Of a stretch of DNA of 55,935 nucleotides, positions 6,999-14,251 are shown one piece after another. The stretch's first letter is position 1. Each line of letters starts with the position of its first letter. This DNA comes from a virus. Where the stretch lies: IMG/VR virus record IMGVR_UViG_3300004888_000001, positions 1 through 55,935 of that record; one strand, given 5' to 3'. The translations under genes and the position numbers were made by a program. Below the pieces are notes generated by a model. That model had not been told where the DNA came from. It ran no database searches and worked only from the letters and a program-made list of their open reading frames with translations.

Positions 6999-9288
6999 CA
7001 AAGCAGCGACCGTGAAAGTCCAATTCCTTAATCGCTTGAGCCTTTCCAATCTCTTGTAAATCGCCGTTGTCAATTAAGTTGGCAACGGCTCTTTTTATGG
7101 AATTAGTTGCACCAATTTTCGAATCCTTAAACGGTTTGACTCGTACAAGCTTGCGGCTGAAATATGCCCAAGGGATCACGCGGGCTCGATGCAGGGTTTG
7201 AGGTACGCCATACGATTTTAACTCTTTAGCGTCCGTAATTAGGTACTTGACAATCGAATCCTCAATTTTCTTTACTTCATTTGATTCAGAGTTTCCATAG
7301 TTGGCTAACGCGCCACCTTCGCCAAACTTGGATTGAAGCTTTGCCAAATTGTATTTGACGAATCGCTCAGCCCAACCCCAAGACTCTGAATCGATGACTG
7401 GGTTATAAGGATTGATACCAACGGCGATGAGTCCAGCGACCTTGATTGTATTTAAGTGGACGCGATTCCAAAGTTCACAGATAACGTCTTCGTTGGATGT
7501 GTTGATTGTATGGTCGCACTCTTTATCAAGATGACGGCTGAGCGATTTAGCACTATCGGCAATTGGCATCTGATAAGGTAGGTTTGCGTCAATGTTGCGA
7601 AAAGATTGCTCGGCCAATGCCATGATGGATTCGCATAGTTTTTGGTTTGGATAGATTAGCGGTCCTGCCTCATTGGATGGAACGCGGATTCCGTCATATT
7701 GCGCAATGATGAATCGTGGCAGCAAACCCGTCTCAATCATTCCCTCATCGGCCAGAATGTCGAACCACTTAGGGGCAGACTCAGCAACGAAACTAAACGC
7801 TGGCGACTGGATGGATTTGGTGTTGCGTTCTGCATCTGAATACGCTGTTGGATCAACGCGACCTGAACGTCCTGATTTCGAATAGAAGTCCAGCATAACT
7901 TTTTGTGTCATCAGATCAGCACCTATCGCAGTTGGTGACGTGATACGTTTTAGCATTGGACCAAATTCGCCAAAGACAGAAACGAATGACTTGCTCTGAT
8001 GTTCGCTCATGTATCGCAACAGAGCTTGACCGCTGGCAAGGTCGCCCGGACCCTTAAACGCTCTAATTGTGGGCATCATCGGCGCGACGGCATCAAAGAT
8101 TTTCTCATACGATTTTGAAATTGCTTCCTTGCCGCGTCCAGTCTTTGCAAGCAAAAGCAAATACAGGTTTAGACCATAGCCGCTTGCATTATAAGATCGT
8201 CCTGCGATACCTGCCATGAGCCCCAAGGAACCAATGACTGCGATCTCTTTGACTGGCTTCCAAGCCTGCTCATAAGTAAAGTTTGCAATCTCACCTACGA
8301 GTCCGGGCGGCTTTCCATAAGCCAATCCTGAATCGTCAACAATGACTGGATCAATTGGTTTTGCAGGTACAGGTTCGGGCTCAGTTATTGACTGCAACGA
8401 GTTGAGTTTGTCAACAGGGCTAAGCTCCTGAAGATCCATTTGAGCTACGAGCCCCGTAATATCAACTTCAGGAATCAAACGATCAAAAGCTTTTGTGATA
8501 GAATCCTGCACGTATTTGTTACGCTGAGCTTTCGGTCTTTGCCCTAAACCTGAAGCGCGAAACATGCGCGTGATTTGTCCGCGATCCTGAGTGTAGAAAG
8601 CAAGAATATCAATCAGAGCAAAATCAGCGCGCGAATGATCGCCAGCATGATAAGTATCAATATCGCCGCTAAACAATGCCTTGAATTTTTCTCCGTTCGC
8701 GGCATCAGAAGCCATGCGATATATATCGTCATCACTAGAATCAGAGACAACACTGTGAGAACTATATTCAGAATTAGCATCAACACCCTCCAAGGATACC
8801 CACAGTTGGTCGACGAGAGTTTGAGCCTCGCGAATCGGTACATCGTGATAAACGTCACCGGTCACAGTCATAAACGAATAAGGGTAAACTTCAATCGCAT
8901 CGCGACGGCGACCAGATGGAAGTTTGCCACGGACAAGTATATGCAAACCCTTCCCTGAAGGCGACCGTTCAGAGTAAGAATTGAGTTGCTGAAAATAGAA
9001 TTGCTGATTAGCTCTTGCAGCAGGATCATCAGTGTCGTCGAAGTCAACGAAGATGTATGGGTCGTCATGGCTGACCATGAATCCAATTCCATCGTAAGCG
9101 ACACTGTGAGCAATGGCATCTTCAAAAGAACACCAAGTTTCAGGATCGTTTTTCTTTGCCCACTTTTTCGTTAGTGGGTTGAGTGGAACTTTTGTTGGCT
9201 TCCCTGAATCAGTATCTCGATACAGCCAACAGACCCATTGTTTTCGCTCTTGAAGCTCCAACGGGACATTAAAGAAAGCAGAATTCAT
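6937..9288 (-). CDS. Bifunctional primase-polymerase (prim-pol) fused to a P-loop helicase-like domain
   Basis: The N-terminus has prim-pol motifs (IFVDFDD, SGKGLHILV). The centre has a P-loop (AKTGRGKE). At 783 aa it matches the size and layout of phage/plasmid primase-helicases. Confidence 0.8.
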   Translation of the reverse strand: MNSAFFNVPLELQERKQWVCWLYRDTDSGKPTKVPLNPLTKKWAKKNDPETWCSFEDAIAHSVAYDGIGFMVSHDDPYIFVDFDDTDDPAARANQQFYFQQLNSYSERSPSGKGLHILVRGKLPSGRRRDAIEVYPYSFMTVTGDVYHDVPIREAQTLVDQLWVSLEGVDANSEYSSHSVVSDSSDDDIYRMASDAANGEKFKALFSGDIDTYHAGDHSRADFALIDILAFYTQDRGQITRMFRASGLGQRPKAQRNKYVQDSITKAFDRLIPEVDITGLVAQMDLQELSPVDKLNSLQSITEPEPVPAKPIDPVIVDDSGLAYGKPPGLVGEIANFTYEQAWKPVKEIAVIGSLGLMAGIAGRSYNASGYGLNLYLLLLAKTGRGKEAISKSYEKIFDAVAPMMPTIRAFKGPGDLASGQALLRYMSEHQSKSFVSVFGEFGPMLKRITSPTAIGADLMTQKVMLDFYSKSGRSGRVDPTAYSDAERNTKSIQSPAFSFVAESAPKWFDILADEGMIETGLLPRFIIAQYDGIRVPSNEAGPLIYPNQKLCESIMALAEQSFRNIDANLPYQMPIADSAKSLSRHLDKECDHTINTSNEDVICELWNRVHLNTIKVAGLIAVGINPYNPVIDSESWGWAERFVKYNLAKLQSKFGEGGALANYGNSESNEVKKIEDSIVKYLITDAKELKSYGVPQTLHRARVIPWAYFSRKLVRVKPFKDSKIGATNSIKRAVANLIDNGDLQEIGKAQAIKELDFHGRCFAIRSVKLAQRAKGMKPSLAQ

Positions 9289-9307
9289 CCGTGTCTCAAT
9301 TCAGATT

Positions 9308-9535
9308 TTAGTAGCTAAGAGGTTCGCCTTTAAGCGTTTCGTAAAGTCGTTGGATCGCGTTCACGCCGGGACGGCGCGGAGGGTTCGGACTCATCAAAGT
9401 TGACAAGAATGCTTTTGTGCAGTCGCATTCTTTTGCCAACTTGTCAAGGGTCCAAGTTCGATCACGATGCTTCATCAGCTCTATCGTGGTTTCCAGAAGC
9501 GTCTTTCGCCTCGGTTTTTGCTTAGTTTTTGCCAT
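9308..9535 (-). CDS. Small HTH DNA-binding regulator (75 aa)
   Basis: The helix-turn-helix-like segment WTLDKLAKECDCTKAFLSTLMS. The gene sits at the divergent promoter region, next to a 20-bp palindrome. Confidence 0.6.
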   Translation of the reverse strand: MAKTKQKPRRKTLLETTIELMKHRDRTWTLDKLAKECDCTKAFLSTLMSPNPPRRPGVNAIQRLYETLKGEPLSY

Positions 9536-9558
9536 GTCAAGCCCAAATTGAAAATAGT

Positions 9559-9578
9559 AAATCGGAGGTCTCCGATTT
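9559..9578. promoter_or_regulatory. Perfect palindromic operator candidate AAATCGGAG-GT-CTCCGATTT
   Basis: The 9-bp arms are perfectly inverted with a 2-bp spacer. It lies at the predicted +1 of the minus-strand promoter. An extra half-site ATCGGA is at 9596. Confidence 0.5.
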
Positions 9579-9582
9579 GATA

Positions 9583-9611
9583 ACTCTATTAACTTATCGG
9601 ATATTAGTCAA
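9583..9611 (-). promoter_or_regulatory. Sigma70-like promoter for the HTH/primase transcript
   Basis: On the minus strand: TTGACT (9606-9611), a 17-nt spacer, then TAGAGT (9583-9588). Confidence 0.45.
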
Positions 9612-9651
9612 ACCTAATTTGATAATTCTCAAATCTTTTTCTGAATTGCTG

Positions 9652-9679
9652 TTGACTGATGAACCGAAGATGATAATAT
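9652..9679 (+). promoter_or_regulatory. Sigma70-like promoter P1 for the plus-strand middle operon
   Basis: TTGACT (9652-9657), a 16-nt spacer, then TAATAT (9674-9679). Confidence 0.5.
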
Positions 9680-9759
9680 CTTCAATGTCGAGCGGGAAAG
9701 CCGGAATGCTCGAAATAAAAGACACTGAGATCGCAACGGGCGGCCCCTAATGCGATGGC

Positions 9760-9788
9760 TTGACAGAGCGGAGAGACGTTTTTAATAC
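9760..9788 (+). promoter_or_regulatory. Sigma70-like promoter P2
   Basis: TTGACA (9760-9765), a 17-nt spacer, then TAATAC (9783-9788). Confidence 0.5.
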
Positions 9789-9855
9789 AACGCAGGATGT
9801 GAAAATGTCAGCAATGACTTTCAAGGTAAGTAAGCCTCGATTCATCCTGCTAAAT

Positions 9856-9920
9856 GGCAGGGTGCCTGTCTTCGGTAACGATTCAGGTGGGCTAACGTCC
9901 TTGACACACCCTGTCTTTTT
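9856..9920 (+). terminator. Leader terminator or attenuator-like stem with a U-tract upstream of gene 9950
   Basis: ggcagggtg (9856-9864) pairs over 9 bp (one G-U) with caccctgtc (9907-9915). TTTTT follows at 9916-9920, and the RBS GGGAGAAGAC lies 16 nt downstream. Confidence 0.45.
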
Positions 9921-9949
9921 AAAACAATTTAACCCATCGGGAGAAGACG

Positions 9950-10420
9950 ATGAGTATTGACTACCAGCCACAAGCGACAGCAACAACTCCAACCAAAGAG
10001 CAAATCGATGAGGCTCTTGCTCATTGGCAGAGAGCCAAAATTGCACTCCAGCAATGGAAAGATCACGAGCAAGAACTGCGGCGATACATTGTTGAACATG
10101 GCGGCTTCTTTGATCCAACTAAGGACAAGGGAACTGAGACTGTTGAGCTTGGCAACGGTTACAAGCTAAAAGCTAAAAAGTCAATTAGCTACAAAGTGGC
10201 TAACAAAGAAGGTGAAGCCTTCGACGTTCTTTCTAAACTAACCGCTCTTGGTGAAGTTTCAGCTCACAAAGCAAAGAAGATTTTTCGCTTTGACGCTGAG
10301 CTTCGACTAAGTGAGTACAAAGAACTTAACAACTCAGAACGTGCATTGGTTGACTCTGTGTTGACAACTAAACCCGGAATGCCGACTCTGGAATTGGTGG
10401 AGCCAAAAGCAAAGCCATAA
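9950..10420 (+). CDS. Hypothetical protein (156 aa), first gene of the replication/recombination operon
   Basis: ORF track entry with the strong RBS GGGAGAAGACGATG. Confidence 0.75.
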   Translation: MSIDYQPQATATTPTKEQIDEALAHWQRAKIALQQWKDHEQELRRYIVEHGGFFDPTKDKGTETVELGNGYKLKAKKSISYKVANKEGEAFDVLSKLTALGEVSAHKAKKIFRFDAELRLSEYKELNNSERALVDSVLTTKPGMPTLELVEPKAKP

Positions 10421-10483
10421 CATTTCCGTCTCGATAAAACGTAACTATCGAGCAAACCCCATCTTTTAGAATGGAACAGTTTT

Positions 10484-11023
10484 ATGAAATTTGAGTACAC
10501 TTTCAAGCTTGCTCCTGCAACCGAGCAGGTAACACGAAAAGCAACAATTGGAGTCAACGGACAAGTTGAAACGGTTGTTGTTAAGGATAACCAACTTATT
10601 CGTGAGTTCGCGATCAATGAGGTTGTTGACGTATCGTTTTTCGATGTTGATGCAGCAGGTAATCCGTCAACGCCAACAGTCGTCTTGCAAAACAAAACGA
10701 TGGTTGATGATGTTGCACCTGAAGCGCCCGGCGTTGAGATTTGCGTAAAGCAAATCGAAGCTGAAGGTTCAACTGAAGGTTCAACTGAGCAAGTTGAACA
10801 GGAAGACGGAAACGGAGAAGGTCCGGTTGGAGAAACCAACACTGAGCAGCCTCCAGCAGAGCAAGAAGGTGTCGAAGCAATGCAAGACACTGAGCCACCT
10901 GCACCTCCAAAAGTTGAAGAACCAACAGTTGAGCAGACTGGTTCGACTGTTGCCGACAATGGAGCAATTGTTCCTCCACCTGCAAACGGATCAGGTGCTA
11001 GTAACCCAGAAACTAGCGGCTGA
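10484..11023 (+). CDS. Hypothetical protein (179 aa): beta-rich N-terminal half and a very acidic Glu/Pro-rich C-terminal half
   Basis: ORF track entry. The antisense track ORFs here are low-complexity artefacts. Confidence 0.7.
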   Translation: MKFEYTFKLAPATEQVTRKATIGVNGQVETVVVKDNQLIREFAINEVVDVSFFDVDAAGNPSTPTVVLQNKTMVDDVAPEAPGVEICVKQIEAEGSTEGSTEQVEQEDGNGEGPVGETNTEQPPAEQEGVEAMQDTEPPAPPKVEEPTVEQTGSTVADNGAIVPPPANGSGASNPETSG

Positions 11024-11028
11024 TGCTG

Positions 11029-11060
11029 ATTCAGGATAACAGTTTGTTATTCTGAATTTT
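11029..11060 (+). terminator. Rho-independent terminator-like hairpin
   Basis: The 13-bp stem attcaggataaca/tgttattctgaat (one G-U) has loop gtt and is followed by TTT. It begins 6 nt after the stop codon at 11021-11023. Confidence 0.55.
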
Positions 11061-11140
11061 CAGAATGATGGAGCGTATGTAAATCCATATAAGGTCCGAT
11101 TTATTCGGCTTAGGTTTTACCCTTTGTTATTCTGATAGTT

Positions 11141-11246
11141 TGATCGGTGACTGAGCGGTTTAAAGTTAATCCTAAACAACAATGGTGAGCGATAGCTTTT
11201 AGGAAGCTGCAAGAATCCATCGCAGGTTCGAATCCTGCCCGATCAA
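11141..11246 (+). tRNA. tRNA-like element (Leu-UAG-like) with a 25-nt insertion between the D arm and the anticodon stem
   Basis: Perfect 7-bp acceptor stem (tgatcgg/ccgatca). Type-II D arm (act-GAGCGGTTTAA-agt). Anticodon arm tagct-TTTAGGA-agctg. 12-nt variable region. T arm gcagg-TTCGAAT-cctgc. At 106 nt it is too long for a canonical tRNA. Confidence 0.4.
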
Positions 11247-11447
11247 CTTGAGTGAGAGGTGCAATACCGCTATTAAAATAAGGGGTTTGAATCCCTAAGT
11301 CGCTCACTCATTCATTTACTTATGTCAAAAACACTGGTAACTTTTAAGCGAGACAGCCAGTAGTTTCAACCACGGGAAACGTCAACGAAATCATAAGAAT
11401 TTGTAGGTACAAGTGGTTGTTTTTATTTACATTCACGGAGGAACACG

Positions 11448-11708
11448 ATGTTAGTTTTGTCAAGAAAGAAAAATGAGATGGTAATGGTCGGTGACGACAT
11501 AAAGATAGTCGTTGTCGAGATTCGAGGCGATAAGGTACGATTGGGGATTGAAGCTCCGCAAGATGTGCCAGTTCATCGAATTGAAGTTTATGACGCAATA
11601 CAACGAAAGAAGAAGGCAGACCCAGATGCTACCAATCAAATCAACAAACACGATACCGATCAAGCCCCACTCAGTCGTTTTCGGACCAGCAAAGTCGGGA
11701 AAGACTAG
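11448..11708 (+). CDS. csrA: CsrA/RsmA-family RNA-binding translational regulator with a C-terminal extension (86 aa)
   Basis: MLVLSRKKNEMVMVGDDIKIVVVEIRGDKVRLGIEAPQDVPVHRIEVYDAI matches the CsrA signature (MLxLxRK...GDDIxI...GxxVRxGIxAPxxVxVxRxExY). The RBS is ACGGAGGAACACGATG. Confidence 0.9.
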   Translation: MLVLSRKKNEMVMVGDDIKIVVVEIRGDKVRLGIEAPQDVPVHRIEVYDAIQRKKKADPDATNQINKHDTDQAPLSRFRTSKVGKD

Positions 11709-12297
11709 ACTGATACCCACATTGGAGGCTCCGCTTATCTGCTCAGTAGATAAGGGTTTGGAGAGCATTCGGCAATATGATATTCCATGCGTCGAATGCG
11801 ATACTTGGGATCATGTTGCAGCATTCAATCAATTCGTTTACAGCGACAGTGCTGAAAAGAAAAAGTATCGTGAGTTCGTTTACGATGATTTGACTGAGGC
11901 AGCCGGGCTTTATTTAGTTAAGTGCTTACTTGCTAACAAAGATGGTCGGAAGGCGTACGGTCAAATGGGCGAAGAGATGATGTACTTCTTTCGCGCCATT
12001 CGAGAACAACGAGAACATATTGCAGTGCTACTTTGCAAAGAGGAACGTGTTCAGAACAATAAAGGTGAGCTGCTTTATTCGCCAATGTTGCCCGGACAGG
12101 CTTTGCAACCAATGGTTCCATACATGTTCGGTCAGATTTACCACATGGAACTTTGGACTCATCCTGAAACACAGCAGATTCACGAAGTTCTTCGGTGCAA
12201 ACGCAATCAGCAAATCGAAGCTGGTGATCGAAGTGGTAAGTTAGCCGAGATTGAGTATGCGGATCTCGGAGCAATCAACCGAAAGATAATGAGTTAG
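11626..12297 (+). CDS. Sak4-like RecA-fold ATPase (AAA_24-type), recombination-associated
   Basis: Walker A VVFGPAKSGKTRL lies near the N-terminus when translation starts at ATG 11626. Walker B is FVYDDLTE. The start overlaps the csrA 3' end by 83 nt. The track start at 11512 lies inside csrA. Confidence 0.7.
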   Translation: MLPIKSTNTIPIKPHSVVFGPAKSGKTRLIPTLEAPLICSVDKGLESIRQYDIPCVECDTWDHVAAFNQFVYSDSAEKKKYREFVYDDLTEAAGLYLVKCLLANKDGRKAYGQMGEEMMYFFRAIREQREHIAVLLCKEERVQNNKGELLYSPMLPGQALQPMVPYMFGQIYHMELWTHPETQQIHEVLRCKRNQQIEAGDRSGKLAEIEYADLGAINRKIMS

Positions 12298-12303
12298 AAG
12301 TTG

Positions 12304-12369
12304 TGTAGGGCTAAGATGGTTCTGGCGCACCATGGGTGTCCAAAGTGGGTTCAATTCCCGCCCCTACGC
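12304..12369 (+). tRNA. Short tRNA-like element (CAU anticodon position), non-canonical
   Basis: Acceptor tgtaggg/ccctacg (U-G at pair 1:72). Tiny D arm aga-TGGT-tct. Anticodon arm ggcgc-ACCATGG-gtgtc (two G-U pairs, C at position 33). T arm gtggg-TTCAATT-cccgc. Only 66 nt long. Confidence 0.3.
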
Positions 12370-12428
12370 CTGTCAATTGACTTTGTGGGCATGACAACCC
12401 AGAACATTAAACCTAAGAGGATAAATTT

Positions 12429-13199
12429 ATGTCAGCCAATTTAGAAGGCGTTTTCAATCCGCAAGACCATGACCCAACAATGGGCGGTGGTCAGTCACTT
12501 CCACCGTCTGGTCCTGATGGTTGGTTAGTAACCATCATCGAATCAGAGATGAAACAAACGCAAGATGGTACGAGTATGATGCTCGCTCTGCTTTGTAAGA
12601 TCATGGAAGGACCGCAAACAGGCGTTGAAGGTTATTGGAACCTTAATTTGGGACATGGCAACCCGGTAGTGGTTCGCATTGCTCAGCAAGCTCTATCCTG
12701 CATCTGTCACGCTGTCGGTCATCTTGGACCGATTCAGAACACAGAACCGTTGCATAACAAGCCTTTCCGTGTTGTTGTTGCTGCTCAAATCGATAAGGCA
12801 ACAGGTTTGCCTGATGAACGCGGTTACGTTGACATTAAGAAGGTGTTGCGTGCCGATGGGTCAAAGTTGAGCGATCCTGCCGGGAGTGGCGGTGCGGCTC
12901 CCGCACCGGCGCCAGCTCCAGCGCCGACAGCACCTGCTCCCTCGCCTGCCCAAGCAGCACCGGCGCCAGCTCCAGCTCAGCCTGCGATTACTAACGAAGT
13001 TCCTTTGCCGGCCGCTCCAGCAGCCCCACCGGCAGCTCCAGCTCAGGCAGCACCTGCTCAGGCTCCAGTGACTCCGCCGACTCCGGCAGCAGGCTGGCCG
13101 ACAGAGGCAGCTCCGGCTCCACCTGCGGCACCTACTCAGGCAGCGCCGGCACCTGCGACAGCGCCGCAAGGTCAACCGTGGAATCAACCTTCACAATGA
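12429..13199 (+). CDS. DUF669-like phage ssDNA-binding/recombination accessory protein with a roughly 110-aa Pro/Ala-rich tail
   Basis: It lies directly after the Sak4-like ATPase, and the N-terminal 150 aa resemble DUF669 proteins. The C-terminus is (P/A)n low complexity (GC-rich, 12880-13190). Confidence 0.55.
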   Translation: MSANLEGVFNPQDHDPTMGGGQSLPPSGPDGWLVTIIESEMKQTQDGTSMMLALLCKIMEGPQTGVEGYWNLNLGHGNPVVVRIAQQALSCICHAVGHLGPIQNTEPLHNKPFRVVVAAQIDKATGLPDERGYVDIKKVLRADGSKLSDPAGSGGAAPAPAPAPAPTAPAPSPAQAAPAPAPAQPAITNEVPLPAAPAAPPAAPAQAAPAQAPVTPPTPAAGWPTEAAPAPPAAPTQAAPAPATAPQGQPWNQPSQ

Positions 13200-13305
13200 C
13201 CTAAGTGTTTAACCGTCGGTTGTGACGGAGAATGTGTACCATTCTAAGAACTTGAGCGGTCGGTGTCTTCTCCTCCGTTTAGCTGGCAACAGCACGCTCA
13301 TTTAT

Positions 13306-13423
13306 GCCGAAGTATGCAAACGGTATAGCAGCCCTCCTGTGAGGGGGTGGTTAGGGGCATCGATCAACGATCTGGTCGTATTGATGAACACCTGATGTGA
13401 GGGTTCGAATCCCTTGTTCGGAA
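13306..13423 (+). tRNA. tRNA-like element (His-GUG-like) with a roughly 50-nt insertion in the variable region
   Basis: U8-A9 are present. D arm tgc-AAACGGTATA-gca. Anticodon arm ccctc-CTGTGAG-ggggt. T arm gaggg-TTCGAAT-ccctt. The acceptor pairs only 5 of 7. The 50-nt insert folds as a hairpin (atcaacg...cgtattgat). Confidence 0.3.
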
Positions 13424-13438
13424 TTTTATTTTTAACCT

Positions 13439-14251
13439 GTGAGAGCAATGAATCATCAAGTTGTCAACATGGATTGCGTTGAATACTTACGCAACGGATT
13501 GTTATGCCCACAGAAGTTTGATTTGATAGTTGCAGATCCGCCATTCAATATAGGACAAGACTATCAATCGTACAAGGATGTAATGACAGAAGGGCAGTAC
13601 AACAGATTCACTGAGAGTTGGGTTGCTCACTGCTTTATCAAATTGAAACCGGGAAGCGTCATGTTTTTACATGGCTCAACTAAGGTATGTAGGACAATAA
13701 CTAGAATTCTATTTTTACTTGGCTTGGAGAAATTTGTCGAACAGGAAATAGTTTGGGCGTACAATTTTGGTCAATGCAACTTCAGCCGATTCATCGAGAC
13801 TCATTGCCGCGCAATCGTGGTTCGTAAGCCCGGTGATGAACGCAAATGGAATGTTGAGTCAGTAATGACTCCATCCAAGCGATTGCTTATGGGTGACAAG
13901 AGAGTTGAAACATCAAAATACAAAGGCATGATACCGTTCGGAACTGTTTGGGGTGTGAAATCTGAAGACAGTGTGCCACTGGAGCCAATGGAGGGCGAAC
14001 CTAATTGGGGTCGCGTCCAAGGCAATAATAAAGAACGTCGCAAGGGACACCCTAACCAGTTACCTGAACGATACATTGAAAGGATAATTCTTGCATACTC
14101 AAACCCGCCAGATACTGTTTTTGATCCTTTTGGTGGTAGCGGGACTACTATTGCAGTAGCAAAGAAACTTGGTCGTAACTGTGTAACAACCGATATAAGC
14201 GAGTGGAATTGTGATTCGATTAAGCAAAGATTGGGAGCCTCAAATGGTTAA
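13439..14251 (+). CDS. DNA amino-methyltransferase (N6-adenine or N4-cytosine), beta-class motif order
   Basis: Catalytic motif IV IVADPPFNIG comes before the SAM motif I FDPFGGSGTTIAVA. The track start is GTG at 13439; an in-frame ATG is at 13448. Confidence 0.85.
   Translation: MRAMNHQVVNMDCVEYLRNGLLCPQKFDLIVADPPFNIGQDYQSYKDVMTEGQYNRFTESWVAHCFIKLKPGSVMFLHGSTKVCRTITRILFLLGLEKFVEQEIVWAYNFGQCNFSRFIETHCRAIVVRKPGDERKWNVESVMTPSKRLLMGDKRVETSKYKGMIPFGTVWGVKSEDSVPLEPMEGEPNWGRVQGNNKERRKGHPNQLPERYIERIILAYSNPPDTVFDPFGGSGTTIAVAKKLGRNCVTTDISEWNCDSIKQRLGASNG

Noticed and set aside
9901-9930. A third TTGACA hexamer at 9901 as promoter P3
   Set aside because: No acceptable -10 lies at 16-18 nt spacing, and the hexamer sits inside the 3' arm of the leader stem.
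10264-10985. Minus-strand ORFs 10264..10959 and 10614..10985 opposite gene 10484..11023
   Set aside because: They are low-complexity Ser/Thr/Cys or Leu/Gln translations of the antisense strand of an acidic repeat-rich gene, and they interrupt a same-strand operon.
11251-11308. A second T-loop-like motif (ggggTTTGAATccct) with flanking agtgag/ctcact pairing, considered as another tRNA
   Set aside because: It is only 58 nt long, has no D or anticodon arm, has a mismatched T stem (A-A), and has 2 extra nt before the closing stem. At most it is an imperfect hairpin.
11222-13423. tRNA 3' ends as a phage attP core (integration into a host tRNA gene)
   Set aside because: I could not recognise an integrase, recombinase or excisionase ORF anywhere in the genome, so a lysogeny module is not supported.
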